From NCBI RefSeq assembly GCF_002571385.2, contig NW_019218118.1:88010-152009 (forward strand): a DNA stretch of 64,000 nucleotides. The letters run 5' to 3'. The DNA is from Stylophora pistillata. Lineage: Eukaryota. The translations under genes and the position numbers were made by a program. A model generated the notes under the pieces. It was not told the DNA's origin and did no database searches. It saw only the letters and a program-made list of their open reading frames with translations. Shown piece after piece: positions 62,886-64,000 of the stretch; within the stretch, counting starts at the first letter, position 1, and the number at the start of each line of letters is the position of its first letter.

Positions 62886-63907
62886 CCGACGCCAAGTCAG
62901 CCACGTCCTTGCAAACTAACCCAGCACTGGGTTGAAGATGAAGATTGGTCACAGTTGTGCATTGATTGTAGAACTTGCCCGCCAGGACAGGGTCTGTCAA
63001 CAGAGTGTGGCAGTTCTCAAATGTTGCCTTTTAATACCATGGTGACCTGTGTGCCATGCATCTCTGGAGTTTCATTCTCCAGATATGAAGATTCGTCCAC
63101 ATGCATCCCTTGTACATCCTGCTCCCAAGGTCAGGTGGTGGAACAAAGCTGTTCCCCCAAAATGGATGTCAAGTGCGCAAATAAATGCTCCAGCAAAGAC
63201 AGGTAAAGCTATTCAAACAATTATTCATAGATTGTCTTGGAATTGATTATGGAAATTGTTTTCATCCTTATAATTAAAGGTTTTGGAAATTATTTTGTTC
63301 AAGCAAAGTATCTAGTTCTAATGATGAAATAGGTACAGACTCTGGAATTGGTTTTAAAAGCTGATCTACCGCCAATAATTTTCTTCAATATAAAAGCCAT
63401 TGCAGTTTCTATAGAAAATTTCTTTTTGTTAGATGGCATGCAAGCAATGCTTTTAAAGTTATTAAAATATTACTTGTTCTAGATATTATGATGTGGACAT
63501 GGGAGACTGTTTGAGATGTTCAACATGCTGTGGTAATGATGCAGATGTAGTGGTGGATGAGTGTAAAGAGAAGATTGGAGCTGATTCAAACACCGTCTGT
63601 TCATTTGACAGCAGTGTAAACCGCTGTGACCAAACAACACCTCAACCCACACCCACTAACAGCTCTGTTAGTCCCAAACATGATGTTCCTTATACCACGC
63701 AAAAGAGCGATCATTCCACCCAAGCAAAGGATCTGTGCTACTTGGCAGCAATTGTTATCCCGGTGGTGATAGTGGTTGTTTTGTTTTTTTGTACTTGTTT
63801 ATGCTTCAAGAAAAAACTGGCTAAGATGTTGAGTTGCTGTAATCATAATATTGAAGAGGAAGACCATCATGATTTGCAGGACCGATCATCAAGTGACAGA
63901 AAGAGTG
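62886..63907 (+). CDS. TNF receptor superfamily gene (EDAR/TROY-like), partial. Exons 62886-63202, 63483-63907; probable signal exon ending at 61030; continues beyond the window
   Basis: CIDCRTCPPGQGLSTECG..CVPCISGVSFS..CIPCTSC; YYDVDMGDCLRCSTCC; TM LAAIVIPVVIVVVLFFCTCLCF followed by KKK. Same exon structure as the gene at 168-1468. Confidence 0.85.
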
Positions 63908-64000
63908 GTAAGGGTGTGCAGCTTTCCTTTTGCGTTCGTACTGATGGTGACTACTTTTGAAATATTGAGCTGATTTAGACACATGAAAATAATTATAAGA

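Noticed and set aside
1-64000. Prokaryotic features (CRISPR arrays, operons) and the many short antisense ORFs in the track
   Set aside because: The sequence is spliced eukaryotic DNA; there are no repeat-spacer arrays, and the antisense ORFs are shadows of real exons or chance

Overview
AT-rich, intron-containing animal DNA. The TNFR-type genes and repeats suggest a cnidarian, probably a stony coral (inference). I assembled exons by hand from GT-AG boundaries; all gene models and domain calls come from reading the sequence, not from searches. The window is an innate-immune/cell-death gene cluster. A ~24-30 kb block is tandemly duplicated (A ~2657-32255, B ~35211-58853). Each block carries two head-to-head gene pairs, and each pair shares a short spacer with a CCAAT box and a near-palindromic NF-kB site. 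Pair 1: (-) disordered N-terminus + UPA-like domain with no death fold, and (+) signal peptide-TM-ZU5-UPA with almost no ectodomain and no death domain. Pair 2: (-) disordered N-terminus + UPA-like + CARD, and (+) a TNF-receptor ectodomain (about 6 CRDs)-TM-ZU5-UPA-death domain. More conventional EDAR/TROY-like TNFR genes flank the cluster: a frameshifted one on the left and a partial one on the right. LINE fragments, tRNA-derived SINEs and MITEs are scattered through it. The candidate novel system is a co-regulated TNFR-ZU5-UPA-DD receptor / UPA-CARD adaptor pair with a matched effector-less pair, resembling a CARD8/PIDD/UNC5-type module split across genes.
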